From the NCBI GenBank assembly GCA_963772765.1, contig CAVYYP010000013.1:13377-77376 (forward strand): DNA of 64,000 nucleotides. The letters are read 5' to 3'. Origin of the DNA: Candidatus Bathyarchaeota archaeon. GTDB taxonomy: Archaea > Thermoproteota > Bathyarchaeia > Bathyarchaeales > Bathyarchaeaceae. Positions 45,271-54,517 of this stretch are shown piece by piece (the stretch's first letter is position 1; the number at the start of each line of letters is the position of its first letter). The position numbers and the translations under genes are program-made. The notes under the pieces were generated by a model. It was given only the letters and a program-made list of their open reading frames with translations. It ran no database searches and was not told the DNA's origin.

Positions 45271-46053
45271 ATGTTCACTAGAAATGCTCTGCTCGGCGAC
45301 CACAATCTCTGCTTCTATCCGTCAACTAAACTAAAATACAACATGCTTTTTTCTAATTTGAAAGCGGGGCTAGATCAGGGCTGTTCAGGACTTTATATTG
45401 CAAGCGAAGAAAACATCGAACCAATCCAGCTTGAGATGAAAAAATTCGGACTAGAAACCAGTGACCTCACAAAACTGAGAAGCATAACAAGTTACCAATT
45501 TTATGCTCCAGACGGAGAATTTTACATCGAAAACGCAGTAGAGCAACTCATAAGCACTCTTGACGAAAGTCTGGACAAAGGATTTGAAGGGCTATATATT
45601 TCTGCAGATGTCTCCAAATTTTTTGACGAAATTGTAAAAAAGGGAATGGCTGATTTATGGCTTGAATATGAAAGAATTATGGATAGAAAAACACAGTTGC
45701 CACTAGAAAGAATGTGCGCATATCACGTGGACCAGATAAAATCGGATGATCAACTGTTTTTTGAGCTTATTCAATCACACCAAAACACATTGTCTACAAA
45801 ACTGGAGCTAATAGATAACGAAGAAATCTGCAGAACCACAATAAGAGAAGAACTTGATAAAATAGTGGGCGAACAAGCAACTGAATACATTCTCGGCTAC
45901 CTAGAAGAAAGTTTGAAGATACCAAGAGACCAAATTCTCGCAAACGTTGTCGAATTCAATCAAGGGTTAGAAATTATACTCGGCGATGGAGCTTTAAGCA
46001 TAGAAAAGCATATTCTAAAGAAATTACAAAATAAACTAGAAATAAAAATATGA
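45271..46053 (+). CDS. MEDS-domain-like sensory protein
   Basis: ..GDHNLCFYPSTKLKYNMLFSNLKAGLDQGCSGLYIASEE.. resembles the MEDS (DcmR-like) N-terminal signature. The C-terminal half is unassigned. Confidence 0.4.
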   Translation: MFTRNALLGDHNLCFYPSTKLKYNMLFSNLKAGLDQGCSGLYIASEENIEPIQLEMKKFGLETSDLTKLRSITSYQFYAPDGEFYIENAVEQLISTLDESLDKGFEGLYISADVSKFFDEIVKKGMADLWLEYERIMDRKTQLPLERMCAYHVDQIKSDDQLFFELIQSHQNTLSTKLELIDNEEICRTTIREELDKIVGEQATEYILGYLEESLKIPRDQILANVVEFNQGLEIILGDGALSIEKHILKKLQNKLEIKI

Positions 46054-46185
46054 GTGTTCAAATTGCCTGAAGATACAATCGAAGACATAAGGTTCAATGT
46101 AATCAAAAAGATGCTCACAGATTTCCCAGAGCTAAAAGACAAAATCAAAGAATACCTTAAAGAAGATAACGAAAACAAAGAGTGA
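46054..46185 (+). CDS. small hypothetical protein (43 aa, GTG start abutting previous stop)
   Basis: (V)FKLPEDTIEDIRFNVIKKMLTDFPELKDKIKEYLKEDNENKE*. Coding-like composition but unverified. Confidence 0.25.
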   Translation: MFKLPEDTIEDIRFNVIKKMLTDFPELKDKIKEYLKEDNENKE

Positions 46186-46294
46186 AACGGCAGTTCTCTG
46201 AGTAGCATACTGTTGGCATCACCATATTCAGGTTTGACCTCATTCTAAGAAAAAAGCAAGCATTGTTAGGCGGTTATTTTTTAGTTTTCGAATT

Positions 46295-47338
46295 TTGAAA
46301 AACCCGCAAAGAATCAATAAGGTTTATAACCGTTCAAGAAATCCTAATTCACAATCAAAAAAGTGGATAGCATACTTTTTTGATATCCCAAAACTCTCGG
46401 AGGGTAGAAAAATTCCCATCAAACTGCTAAAGAAAGAGGACAAAGACGAACTGAACATAGAGATGGTGCTGCACGCCAAGAACTTTTCGCTGACGCTAGA
46501 TAAGAACAAGTGTGTTGGCTGTGGAATTTGCATGAAAATCTGCCCCAGAGAAGCAATACATGTTACCAGAACCGCCAAGACAAAGGGTGAAAAGGCAAAA
46601 AAGCCCACTGTGGATATTGATGAAAAAGAGTGCCACTTCTGTGGCATGTGTGAGGCTGTCTGTCCCTTTGGTGCTTTGACCGTAAAAGTTGACGGAAAGC
46701 ATGTTGTTTCTGTAGTTGAAAAGGAGAGTTTTCCGCAGTTTATTCGGGAAATTAAAGTTGACGATTCCAAGTGTGGTTTGGATTGCTTAGAAGTTGAGGA
46801 AGCATGTCCTCTTGACAATATTAAGGTAAGTGTTCTGGATTCTGATGGCAAAGAAGTTGAGGGCGTGACTTCAAAGTCAAAGAAGAAAGGTCTCAAGGTT
46901 AAAGTTGAGATAGATAAGGAGTCTTGTCCGTGCTGTCGACTGTGTGAATCCAAGTTTCCATATGGTGCAGTCAGTGTGGAAAAGATGATTACTGGAAGCC
47001 TAAGGATTAACAGCGAAAAATGTCCTGAAGGCTGTCATGATTGTGTTGATGTTTGTCCGATTCCCGGCGTTCTTTATGTCTCTGATGGCAAAGTAGAAGC
47101 TAACGACATGTATTGTGTTTACTGTGGAGCCTGCAGCATTACCTGCCCAGAAGAAGGCGCCCTGGAGCTTAACAGGACCAGAATTCGTCATACTGAGGTT
47201 CGTTCTGGGGCATGGAATAAGGCTCTTGAAAAGCTTGCGTCTACCAGCGCTGTGATAAAGGAGATTGAAAACAAGAACGCATTGAAGCTAAAGAAGGTAA
47301 TCTTGAAGCGGTTGCCGCCAGAGGAGCTGGAACTATAG
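46295..47338 (+). CDS. polyferredoxin (multiple 4Fe-4S domains, MvhB-like)
   Basis: Repeated motifs CVGCGICMKICP, CHFCGMCEAVCP, CPCCRLCESKFP, C..C..CVDVCP and CVYCGACSITCP. The stop directly abuts the hdrA start. Its own start is uncertain. Confidence 0.75.
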   Translation: MKNPQRINKVYNRSRNPNSQSKKWIAYFFDIPKLSEGRKIPIKLLKKEDKDELNIEMVLHAKNFSLTLDKNKCVGCGICMKICPREAIHVTRTAKTKGEKAKKPTVDIDEKECHFCGMCEAVCPFGALTVKVDGKHVVSVVEKESFPQFIREIKVDDSKCGLDCLEVEEACPLDNIKVSVLDSDGKEVEGVTSKSKKKGLKVKVEIDKESCPCCRLCESKFPYGAVSVEKMITGSLRINSEKCPEGCHDCVDVCPIPGVLYVSDGKVEANDMYCVYCGACSITCPEEGALELNRTRIRHTEVRSGAWNKALEKLASTSAVIKEIENKNALKLKKVILKRLPPEELEL

Positions 47339-49775
47339 TTGTCTGAGTCTGAGAAACTGCGGGTAGGAGTCTTTGTCTGCCACTGTGGGCTTAACATCGC
47401 TGGCACAATTGATGTCAAAGAAGTAACAGAGTATGCAAAAACATTGCCCAACGTGGTAGTAGCCATGGATAACCGCTACACATGCGCTGACCCGGGACAG
47501 GAAGAAATCAGAAAAGCCATCAGAGAATATGACCTAGACAGGGTTGTTGTTGCTGCTTGTTCTCCGCGTATGCATGAGCCTACATTTAGAAGAACAGTAG
47601 CGGATGCGGGTATGAATCCGTATTTGTTTGAGATGGCAAATATTCGTGAGTTTGCTTCTTGGTGCCATCCCAGTACTCCAAAGGAGGCGACAGAGAAGGC
47701 TAAAGAGATTGTGAAGATGGCTGTTGCCAAGGCGAAGCTGCTTCATCCTCTTGAGACAATGGAGGTTCCTGTTACAAACAAGGCGCTCGTTATCGGTGGC
47801 GGAATTGCTGGAATAAGCTCTGCCTTAGACTTGGCGGCTATGGGTTTCAAGGTTTATCTTTTGGAGAAAACTGAGAGCATAGGTGGTCACATGGCTGCTT
47901 TGGACAAGACGTTTCCGACCTTGGACTGTTCGATATGTATTGAAGGTCCAAAGATGGTTGATGTTTCTCGTCATCCTAACATTGAGATTATTTCTTATTC
48001 TGACATTGTCAGTGTCGAGGGCTTTGTTGGCAACTTTAAGGTGAAGGTCAGAAAGAATCCGAGATACGTTGACTCTGAAGCCTGTACAGGCTGCGGTGAA
48101 TGCAGAGATGCTTGCCCGATCTCGTTTCCTAACAAGTGGGACGAGAACATGGGTGTAAGAAAGGCGATTTCTGTTCCTTTTGATCAGGCTGTTCCTCTGG
48201 TTTACACCATAAACAGGGACTACTGCATCGAATGCTACAAGTGTGTTGATGCATGTGGCGCGCGTCAGGCAATCAATTTTGATCAGCAGCCAGAAGAGAT
48301 AGAACTTGAAGTGGGCACGATAACGGTTTCTACGGGTTTTGATGTTTACAAGCCCTACGAGGAAAGCCAGTATGGCTACAGCCGATTCGACAACGTCATC
48401 ACTGCGATGGAGTTTGAGCGGCTGATTTTGGCTGCGGGACCAACAGGAGGCCATGTAGTGCGTGCCTCTGACGGAAAACAGCCCCGCTCGGTTTCGTTTA
48501 TTCAGTGTGTTGGCTCAAGGGACGTGAACAAGAACGAGTACCTGTTCTGGCTTCTGCTGCATGTACGCTCTAAAGGATGCAATTTTGCTTAAGGAACACT
48601 ATCATGACGATGTTGAAGTTTACATTCTATATATGGACATGCGAACCAACTTCAAAGGCTATGAAGAGTTTTACAGAAGAGCCCGCGAGCTAGGAGTCAA
48701 TTTTATCAGGGGCAGAGTGTCTCGGGTTGCTGAAATTCCTGAAAACAAGAATCTGCTTATCCGAGTCGAGGACATGGCGCTTGGAGAGCCTATGGAGCTG
48801 GAATCCGAGCTTGTGGTGTTAAGCACTGCGGCGGTTCCTAGCAAGGGAACAGATGAAGTTTCAAGAATCCTAGCAATAACTCGTGGTGGTGACGGCTTCT
48901 TTATGGAGAGCCATCCCAAGCTCAAGCCTTTAGATACGTCGGTTGATGGTATCTTTTTGGCTGGGGCATGTCAGGGTCCAAAAGATATTCCGTATAGTGT
49001 TTCTCAGGGGAGCGGGGCAGCGGCAAGGGCGGCTACTGTTCTTTCTCAGCCGACTTGGAAGATTGAGCCTATTATTGCTGCTGTTGATCCGAGCAAGTGC
49101 AAGAATGTGTCTGCCAAGTGTGGTATCTGTGTCACAAAGTGTCCTTATGGTGCAATCAAGGCAAAAGAGGGCGAAGCGGCGTCGGTTACTGCGGCTATGT
49201 GTCACGGTTGCGGAACCTGTGTAGCGGAGTGCCCGTCGGATGCTATTACTCAGCAGCACTTTACTGATGAGCAGATAGAGGCTCAAATCAAGGCTGCCCT
49301 AGAGGTTAAGCCTGAAGAGAAGATTCTTGGTTTTCTGTGTAACTGGTGCAGTTATGCAGGTGCTGACTTGGCTGGAACGAGCCGTTTTGAGTATCCGCCT
49401 ACGATGAGGGCAATACGTGTGATGTGCTCGGGTAGGGTTGACAAGGATTTTGTTCTGGAAGCTTTCAATCAGGGCGCAGGAATGGTGCTGGTTGGCGCAT
49501 GCCATCTTCCGTATGACTGCCACTACATTTCGGGCAACTACAAGATGAAGGCGCGAATGGATGCATTGGCTAAAATCTTTGAGAAGCTGGGAATAAGCAA
49601 GGAGCGCTTCAGGGTAGAGTATGTTTCTGCGGCTGAAGGAGTCAAGTTTGCGGCTATAATGAAAGAAATGACCGAGCAGTTGCAGGCGCTGGGACCAGAG
49701 AAAATCAAGGCAGAAAACAAAAAAGTAAAGCCAGTAATAGAGAAGATGCTGGCAAGAAAAAAACAGAAAAAGTAG
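47339..49775 (+). pseudogene. hdrA: heterodisulfide reductase subunit A fused to an MvhD-like domain, one extra base at 48541-48542
   Basis: ORF 47339-48592 reads ..VGVFVCHCG..VIGGGIAGISSAL..CVGSRDVNKNEY then nonsense. ORF 48561-49775 reads (CSGFCC)MYALKDAILLKEHY..YMDMRTNFKGYEEFY.., followed by 4Fe-4S motifs and ..ILGFLCNWCSYAGADLAG..VMCSGRV..VLVGACH.. (MvhD). Deleting one C from GAGTACCTGTTCT restores NEYCSGFCCMYALK. Confidence 0.85.
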
Positions 49776-49782
49776 TTTGCCT

Positions 49783-49845
49783 CAGAGAAATTTTCTGAAA
49801 AAATGTTGTTTTCAACATTCTAGTTCTATTAGGAGACTAATAGGC
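49783..49845 (-). terminator. hairpin plus T-run module, copy 2 of the repeated intergenic element (downstream of nusA, and 8 nt after the hdrA stop on the other strand)
   Basis: On the minus strand, AATGTTG-AAAA-CAACATT (49802-49819) is followed by TTTTTTCAGAAAATTT. The 26-nt core is identical to 12413-12438. Confidence 0.45.
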
Positions 49846-49953
49846 TCCAAATATGATTATTGAACTGTTTTGGAGGTTTCGCGATAAACCTATGGTAAAC
49901 TAAGGACACGTTTTGAACTACAAAACACAGTCTGATTTTTAGCTAAAAAACTG

Positions 49954-50391
49954 CTATGTTATGCTTACGTTCTGTATCTGGAAGTAACGCTTTGCAAGAA
50001 ATCGGATTCTTTCAGCATTTCTGCCGTTTTTGCCGATAGCAACACCCTTGTCTTTGGGGTTAACAGAAATAACTGCAATCGTTTTTCCGTCCATCCGCTC
50101 AGTTATCCGCACCTCATCCACTTTTGCGGGCTTTAGTGCATTCTTGATGAACTGTGCAGGATTGTCAGAGTGTTCAATAACCTCATGTTTTTTGCCGGTC
50201 ATCTTCTCTAGCTGGTGGATATTTTTGCCTTTCTTGCCAATAGCCATGCCAATAGAGCCTTCTTTGACAACAAAAATGATTCTGTTGAGGTCATCGTCGA
50301 CAATGCAGTCTTTAACTGTCGCACCCGTTATGCTCTGAAACAGTGCAATGTATCGCATTTCTACACTTGTCAGCTTTATTCCAGTAGCCAT
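49954..50391 (-). CDS. nusA: archaeal NusA-like transcription termination factor (two KH domains)
   Basis: ..GMAIGKKGKNIHQLEK.. and ..GVAIGKNGRNAERIRFL.. Its position after rpl30e matches the conserved archaeal rpo operon. Confidence 0.85.
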   Translation of the reverse strand: MATGIKLTSVEMRYIALFQSITGATVKDCIVDDDLNRIIFVVKEGSIGMAIGKKGKNIHQLEKMTGKKHEVIEHSDNPAQFIKNALKPAKVDEVRITERMDGKTIAVISVNPKDKGVAIGKNGRNAERIRFLAKRYFQIQNVSIT

Positions 50392-50398
50392 ATCTCCC

Positions 50399-50704
50399 TT
50401 ATTCCTCCTCTGTGATTTTAAGAATGCTTGAATCTCCAGGCTCCTTTACAGTCAAAACACAAACATTGAATGGCTTGCCACACAATGCTCCTAGGTCTGT
50501 ACTTTCGCCTCTGAAAACGCTCACCGGAACTTCGGAAAGCTTACAATAATATTCGATATCTTCTTTGACGCTCTGGGGGCAGTTAGAAGCAAGCAAAATC
50601 AATTTTGCTTTCTTAGCTTTTACACTTTTCAGTGCACTGCTTGCTCCAAGCTGAATTTTTCCAGTTTTTGCTGTTGTTGTTATTGCTTTGTTGACATCTA
50701 TCAT
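50399..50704 (-). CDS. rpl30e: 50S ribosomal protein L30e
   Basis: ..AKTGKIQLGASSALKSVKAKKAKLILLASNCP.....IEYYCKLSEVPVSVF.G.S.DLG..CGKPF. A 4-nt overlap joins it to rpoA. Confidence 0.85.
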   Translation of the reverse strand: MIDVNKAITTTAKTGKIQLGASSALKSVKAKKAKLILLASNCPQSVKEDIEYYCKLSEVPVSVFRGESTDLGALCGKPFNVCVLTVKEPGDSSILKITEEE

Positions 50705-53700
50705 TTCTTCTTCTCTCTGTTACCTGTTGTCATATAAAGGTCGACTAGTCCTGTGCCGATGGGTATTGATTGCCCAACTATAACGTTTTCGGTTACACCC
50801 TTCAGCGGGTCGCTCTCTCCTTTGAGTGCTGCATCAACGAGGTTCGGGACAGTAATCTCGAACGCTGCTCTAGCCAACACACTGGATTTCTTTCCGCTAA
50901 TACCATGCCGTCCAATCTGCCGAACATCACCTGTAGAGGTCATGATGTCAGACATCAACATAACATGGCGTATATCAACATCAAGACCCTGCTCCTCCAG
51001 AACACCCATCGCCTCTTTCATCAACGAGTTTCTGGCAGCTTCAATTCCAAGTGTTTCAGCAATTTCATGAACATTGTTTGTGGTAGTCCGTGTGGGATCG
51101 ATTCCAGGAATGTCAAGAACAGCAGACAGGTTAGAGCCGTCGGTTCGGATAACCCATTCGCCAGTTTCTTCAGTGACAAGAACTCTTCGGATGTCAGGTG
51201 CACCTTTCACATGCTCTGACGGAAGATTGTTTAGCAGTTTCTTCGTGTCCACCTGCTTCTTAGGCTTAACAATCAACTTGTCGCCTTCAACAGTCAGCTC
51301 ATAGTTGTTCATTTTTATGAGATTAGGCAGATCTTCGGCATTGACTCCACGTTCAGCCATCATATCGGGGTCAAGAGTAACCACTGCAACCTCAAGTTCA
51401 GGGTCAATATAAGGTTCTGCTTCCGAAATGTCGCCCAATGTTGTTGTGATGATGTCACGTGCAATCTCTGTAGCTTTTTCTTTGCTCTTGCGGTGCACCT
51501 TGTCAAGATAGATGTTCATGATAGGAGTTGATGGGCTTCTGCGAGCATCTACAATCTCGATAAGCCTTGGCAGACCAAGAGTGACGTTCTGTTCTCGGAC
51601 ACCCGCATAGTGGAAAGTCCTAAGAGTCATCTGGGTACCGGGCTCACCAATAGACTGAGCAGCAACAATGCCCACAGCCTCTCCGGGCTCGACAAGTGAA
51701 CGCTTGTAGTTAGCCAGAGTCAAACTGATTGCTTTGTCAACACCAGTTTTGCCAAACTTTGCCTTCTTCAACTCAGACTTTAGCTCAGACATAAGAAGCG
51801 GAGTTAATTGGTCTTCAACTTCGTTAAGCTGCCCCATGACATAGTCTTTGGAGGCAGGCTTTTCCTTGTCTACCATTATGCGTACCTGATCGATGATACG
51901 GCTGACGTTGACTGCGAGTCCGTGGTCGCTCTTTGCGGGGTCAACACCGTCTTCTCCATACGTAAGCTGAATGATATCTCCCGTAGAGTTGCGTACAGTT
52001 CCATCATACTCAACTCGGAGCTGTTCAAGCGCGTTAATTAGACGCCTCTGCATGTAACCACTCTGCTGAGTCCTGACCGCAGTGTCTACCAGACCTTCAC
52101 GACCACCCATGGCGTGGAAGAAGTATTCGATTGGGTCAAGTCCAGTCTGATACGAGTTGTAAACGAAGCCTCTTGCCTTTGGTGTTGGATCGCCTTCTTT
52201 GAAGTGAGTTAATGCTCGGTTGACGTAGCCTCTCATTATACGCTTACCTCGGACAGCCTGCTGACCTACACTAGCAGCCATCTGACCGATGTTAAGGTTA
52301 GAACCACGAGCTCCAGTTCGGGTCATGATAATTCCAGAGTTCTCTAGCTCAAAGTCCTCGTCTGCAACTTTGCCTGCTTTGTCTCGGGCTTCGGCAAGTT
52401 CATTCATTACATAGATTTCAAACGATTCGTTAAGGCTTTGACCAGGAAGACGTGGCAGTGTGCCGTCACGATAGTCCGCAATCAGTTTCTCGATCCGCTT
52501 CTCGATTATGTTCATGTTGCGTCTGATTTTCTTTCTTGCAGCATCAGACAACTCAAGTTCGTCATAGGAGTAGGTGAAGCCTCGCATGCTAACGAAAACT
52601 TTCAGGAACTGACAGATTTTGTTCAGGAACTCTCGTCCAGCCTGTGAACCATAATCTTTGATTATACGATGAAGCAAACTGTCTGACTGCTCAGCACCGA
52701 TAGAGCGTCTGTCAATGATACCAGACTTTAGAACTCCATCCTTAACAACAACATACGCGTCATGAGGACAATTCTCTGCCAGACAAGTATTGCAGTTGCG
52801 GCAAACAGTTGACTTCAAGACATAGTTCAGGTCCTTTGGCAAAAACAAACTAAATATCTGCTTTCCAGTCCAAAGAGGCTGAGACTCATTATATGCAGGT
52901 TCAGGCAAAGGTCCATCGTAGCCTGCAGAAACAAGCAAACGGCAAACCTCTTCCTTGGTTAATCTGTTAGAGTTCCTTGTAAACAGATAAGATGCAGTAA
53001 TATAGTCTCTGATAGCGCCGATGATAGGTCCACCGAATCTTGGTGAAAGAATCTGGTCTTGAACCTGCATCAGCAGCCGTGCTTCTGTTTGTGCTTCTTC
53101 GCCTTGGGGCACGTGCAGATTCATTTCGTCCCCGTCAAAGTCGGCGTTGTAAGGAGGACAAACACACAGATGCAGACGGAATGTCTTATGCGGCAACACC
53201 CGAACAAAGTGTGCCATGATTGACATGCGGTGAAGTGAAGGCTGCCTGTTGAAGATTGCAACGTCTCCATTCATTAGGTGACGTTCTACGACGAATCCTG
53301 TTTCTAGTGATTCGGCAACTTTGTCACGTTCAACAACAAACTCTAGTCGGACACGTTTTCCGTCTGGTCTGACAACATAAAGCGCGCCTGGGAATTGTTC
53401 AGGACCATTGATGATTAGTTTGCGCATCTGTTCAATGTTCCATACTGTAACCTTTTCTGGGATGGAAAGCCTCATTGCAATTGCTTGAGGAACACCAACT
53501 TCGTTGATGTCAAGGTTAGGATCAGGAGAAATAACAGTACGCGCCGAAAAGTCTACACGTTTTCCAGAAAGGTTGCTTCGGAAACGTCCTTCCTTTCCTT
53601 TGAGACGCTGAGAAATTGTCTTAAGTGCTCTTCCGGAGCGGTGTCTTGCAGGAGGAATTCCTGAAGCTTCATTGTTGAAGTATGTGGTGCAGTGATACTG

Positions 53701-54516
53701 AAGCAACTCAGAAAGGTCCTGAATAATCAATGTGGGAGCGCCTGCTTCCATGTTCTCTCTTAGACGCTGATTAATCCTGATAATGTCAACAAGCTTGTGA
53801 GTCAAGTCGTCCTCTGAGCGGATTCCTGACTCTAAGGTAATTGAAGGGCGCACGTAGACTGGAGGAACAGGAAGAACCTGAAGAACCATCCATTCTGGAC
53901 GAGCAGTTGCTGGAGTAAAACCAAACAATTCAAGGTCTTCGTCAGGAATACGTTCAAGACGTTCTCGTATCATGCTCTGCGTAAGTCTTTGGGCGCCTTC
54001 CTCCAAAATTTCATAAAAAGTTGTAGGTTTGGCAAAGTCTATCTTTGATTGCTGAGCCCCACAGTATGGGCAGTCCTTTTTCTTTGCTTCCTTTATAACC
54101 TTCTTGTAAAAGTCGCCAGGGACATCGCCGAGCAGTTTCTCTGTGCGTCTGATTGATGCTTTGATTTTTTCAACACGGCTTTCGGGAAGTAGGATGCGTC
54201 CACAGTTTCTGCATGTTGCTTGGAGAAGATTATGAATAATTTTAGTGAACTCAATGTGAATGATGGGAACGGCGAGTTCTATGTGTCCAAAGTGTCCTGG
54301 GCATCGGATTGCAGTGTTTCCACATGTTTTGCATCTTTGTCTTGGCTCTAGTGTGCCTAGTCTTCCGTCCATGAGTCCAGATGTGATTGGTGCTCCGTCC
54401 TCGTCGTAGGTGTCTGCTGTCTGGATCTCTGCAACAGACTGTCTTCTTATGTCCTGTGGCGAAAACAGCCCAAAATAGACTTGGTCTATAATTTTGTGAA
54501 TACTATCTTCTGACAT
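50701..54516 (-). CDS. rpoA: DNA-directed RNA polymerase subunit A, single unsplit ORF covering A' and A''
   Basis: 1271 aa. The N-terminus has the zinc sites (CKTCG..CPGHFGH) and catalytic NADFDGDEMN. The A''-equivalent part (..VEPGEAVGIVAAQSIGEPGTQMTLRTFHYAG..) follows in frame with no stop. Internal Met at 51835-51837. Confidence 0.9.
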   Translation of the reverse strand: MSEDSIHKIIDQVYFGLFSPQDIRRQSVAEIQTADTYDEDGAPITSGLMDGRLGTLEPRQRCKTCGNTAIRCPGHFGHIELAVPIIHIEFTKIIHNLLQATCRNCGRILLPESRVEKIKASIRRTEKLLGDVPGDFYKKVIKEAKKKDCPYCGAQQSKIDFAKPTTFYEILEEGAQRLTQSMIRERLERIPDEDLELFGFTPATARPEWMVLQVLPVPPVYVRPSITLESGIRSEDDLTHKLVDIIRINQRLRENMEAGAPTLIIQDLSELLQYHCTTYFNNEASGIPPARHRSGRALKTISQRLKGKEGRFRSNLSGKRVDFSARTVISPDPNLDINEVGVPQAIAMRLSIPEKVTVWNIEQMRKLIINGPEQFPGALYVVRPDGKRVRLEFVVERDKVAESLETGFVVERHLMNGDVAIFNRQPSLHRMSIMAHFVRVLPHKTFRLHLCVCPPYNADFDGDEMNLHVPQGEEAQTEARLLMQVQDQILSPRFGGPIIGAIRDYITASYLFTRNSNRLTKEEVCRLLVSAGYDGPLPEPAYNESQPLWTGKQIFSLFLPKDLNYVLKSTVCRNCNTCLAENCPHDAYVVVKDGVLKSGIIDRRSIGAEQSDSLLHRIIKDYGSQAGREFLNKICQFLKVFVSMRGFTYSYDELELSDAARKKIRRNMNIIEKRIEKLIADYRDGTLPRLPGQSLNESFEIYVMNELAEARDKAGKVADEDFELENSGIIMTRTGARGSNLNIGQMAASVGQQAVRGKRIMRGYVNRALTHFKEGDPTPKARGFVYNSYQTGLDPIEYFFHAMGGREGLVDTAVRTQQSGYMQRRLINALEQLRVEYDGTVRNSTGDIIQLTYGEDGVDPAKSDHGLAVNVSRIIDQVRIMVDKEKPASKDYVMGQLNEVEDQLTPLLMSELKSELKKAKFGKTGVDKAISLTLANYKRSLVEPGEAVGIVAAQSIGEPGTQMTLRTFHYAGVREQNVTLGLPRLIEIVDARRSPSTPIMNIYLDKVHRKSKEKATEIARDIITTTLGDISEAEPYIDPELEVAVVTLDPDMMAERGVNAEDLPNLIKMNNYELTVEGDKLIVKPKKQVDTKKLLNNLPSEHVKGAPDIRRVLVTEETGEWVIRTDGSNLSAVLDIPGIDPTRTTTNNVHEIAETLGIEAARNSLMKEAMGVLEEQGLDVDIRHVMLMSDIMTSTGDVRQIGRHGISGKKSSVLARAAFEITVPNLVDAALKGESDPLKGVTENVIVGQSIPIGTGLVDLYMTTGNREKKK

Positions 54517-54517
54517 G

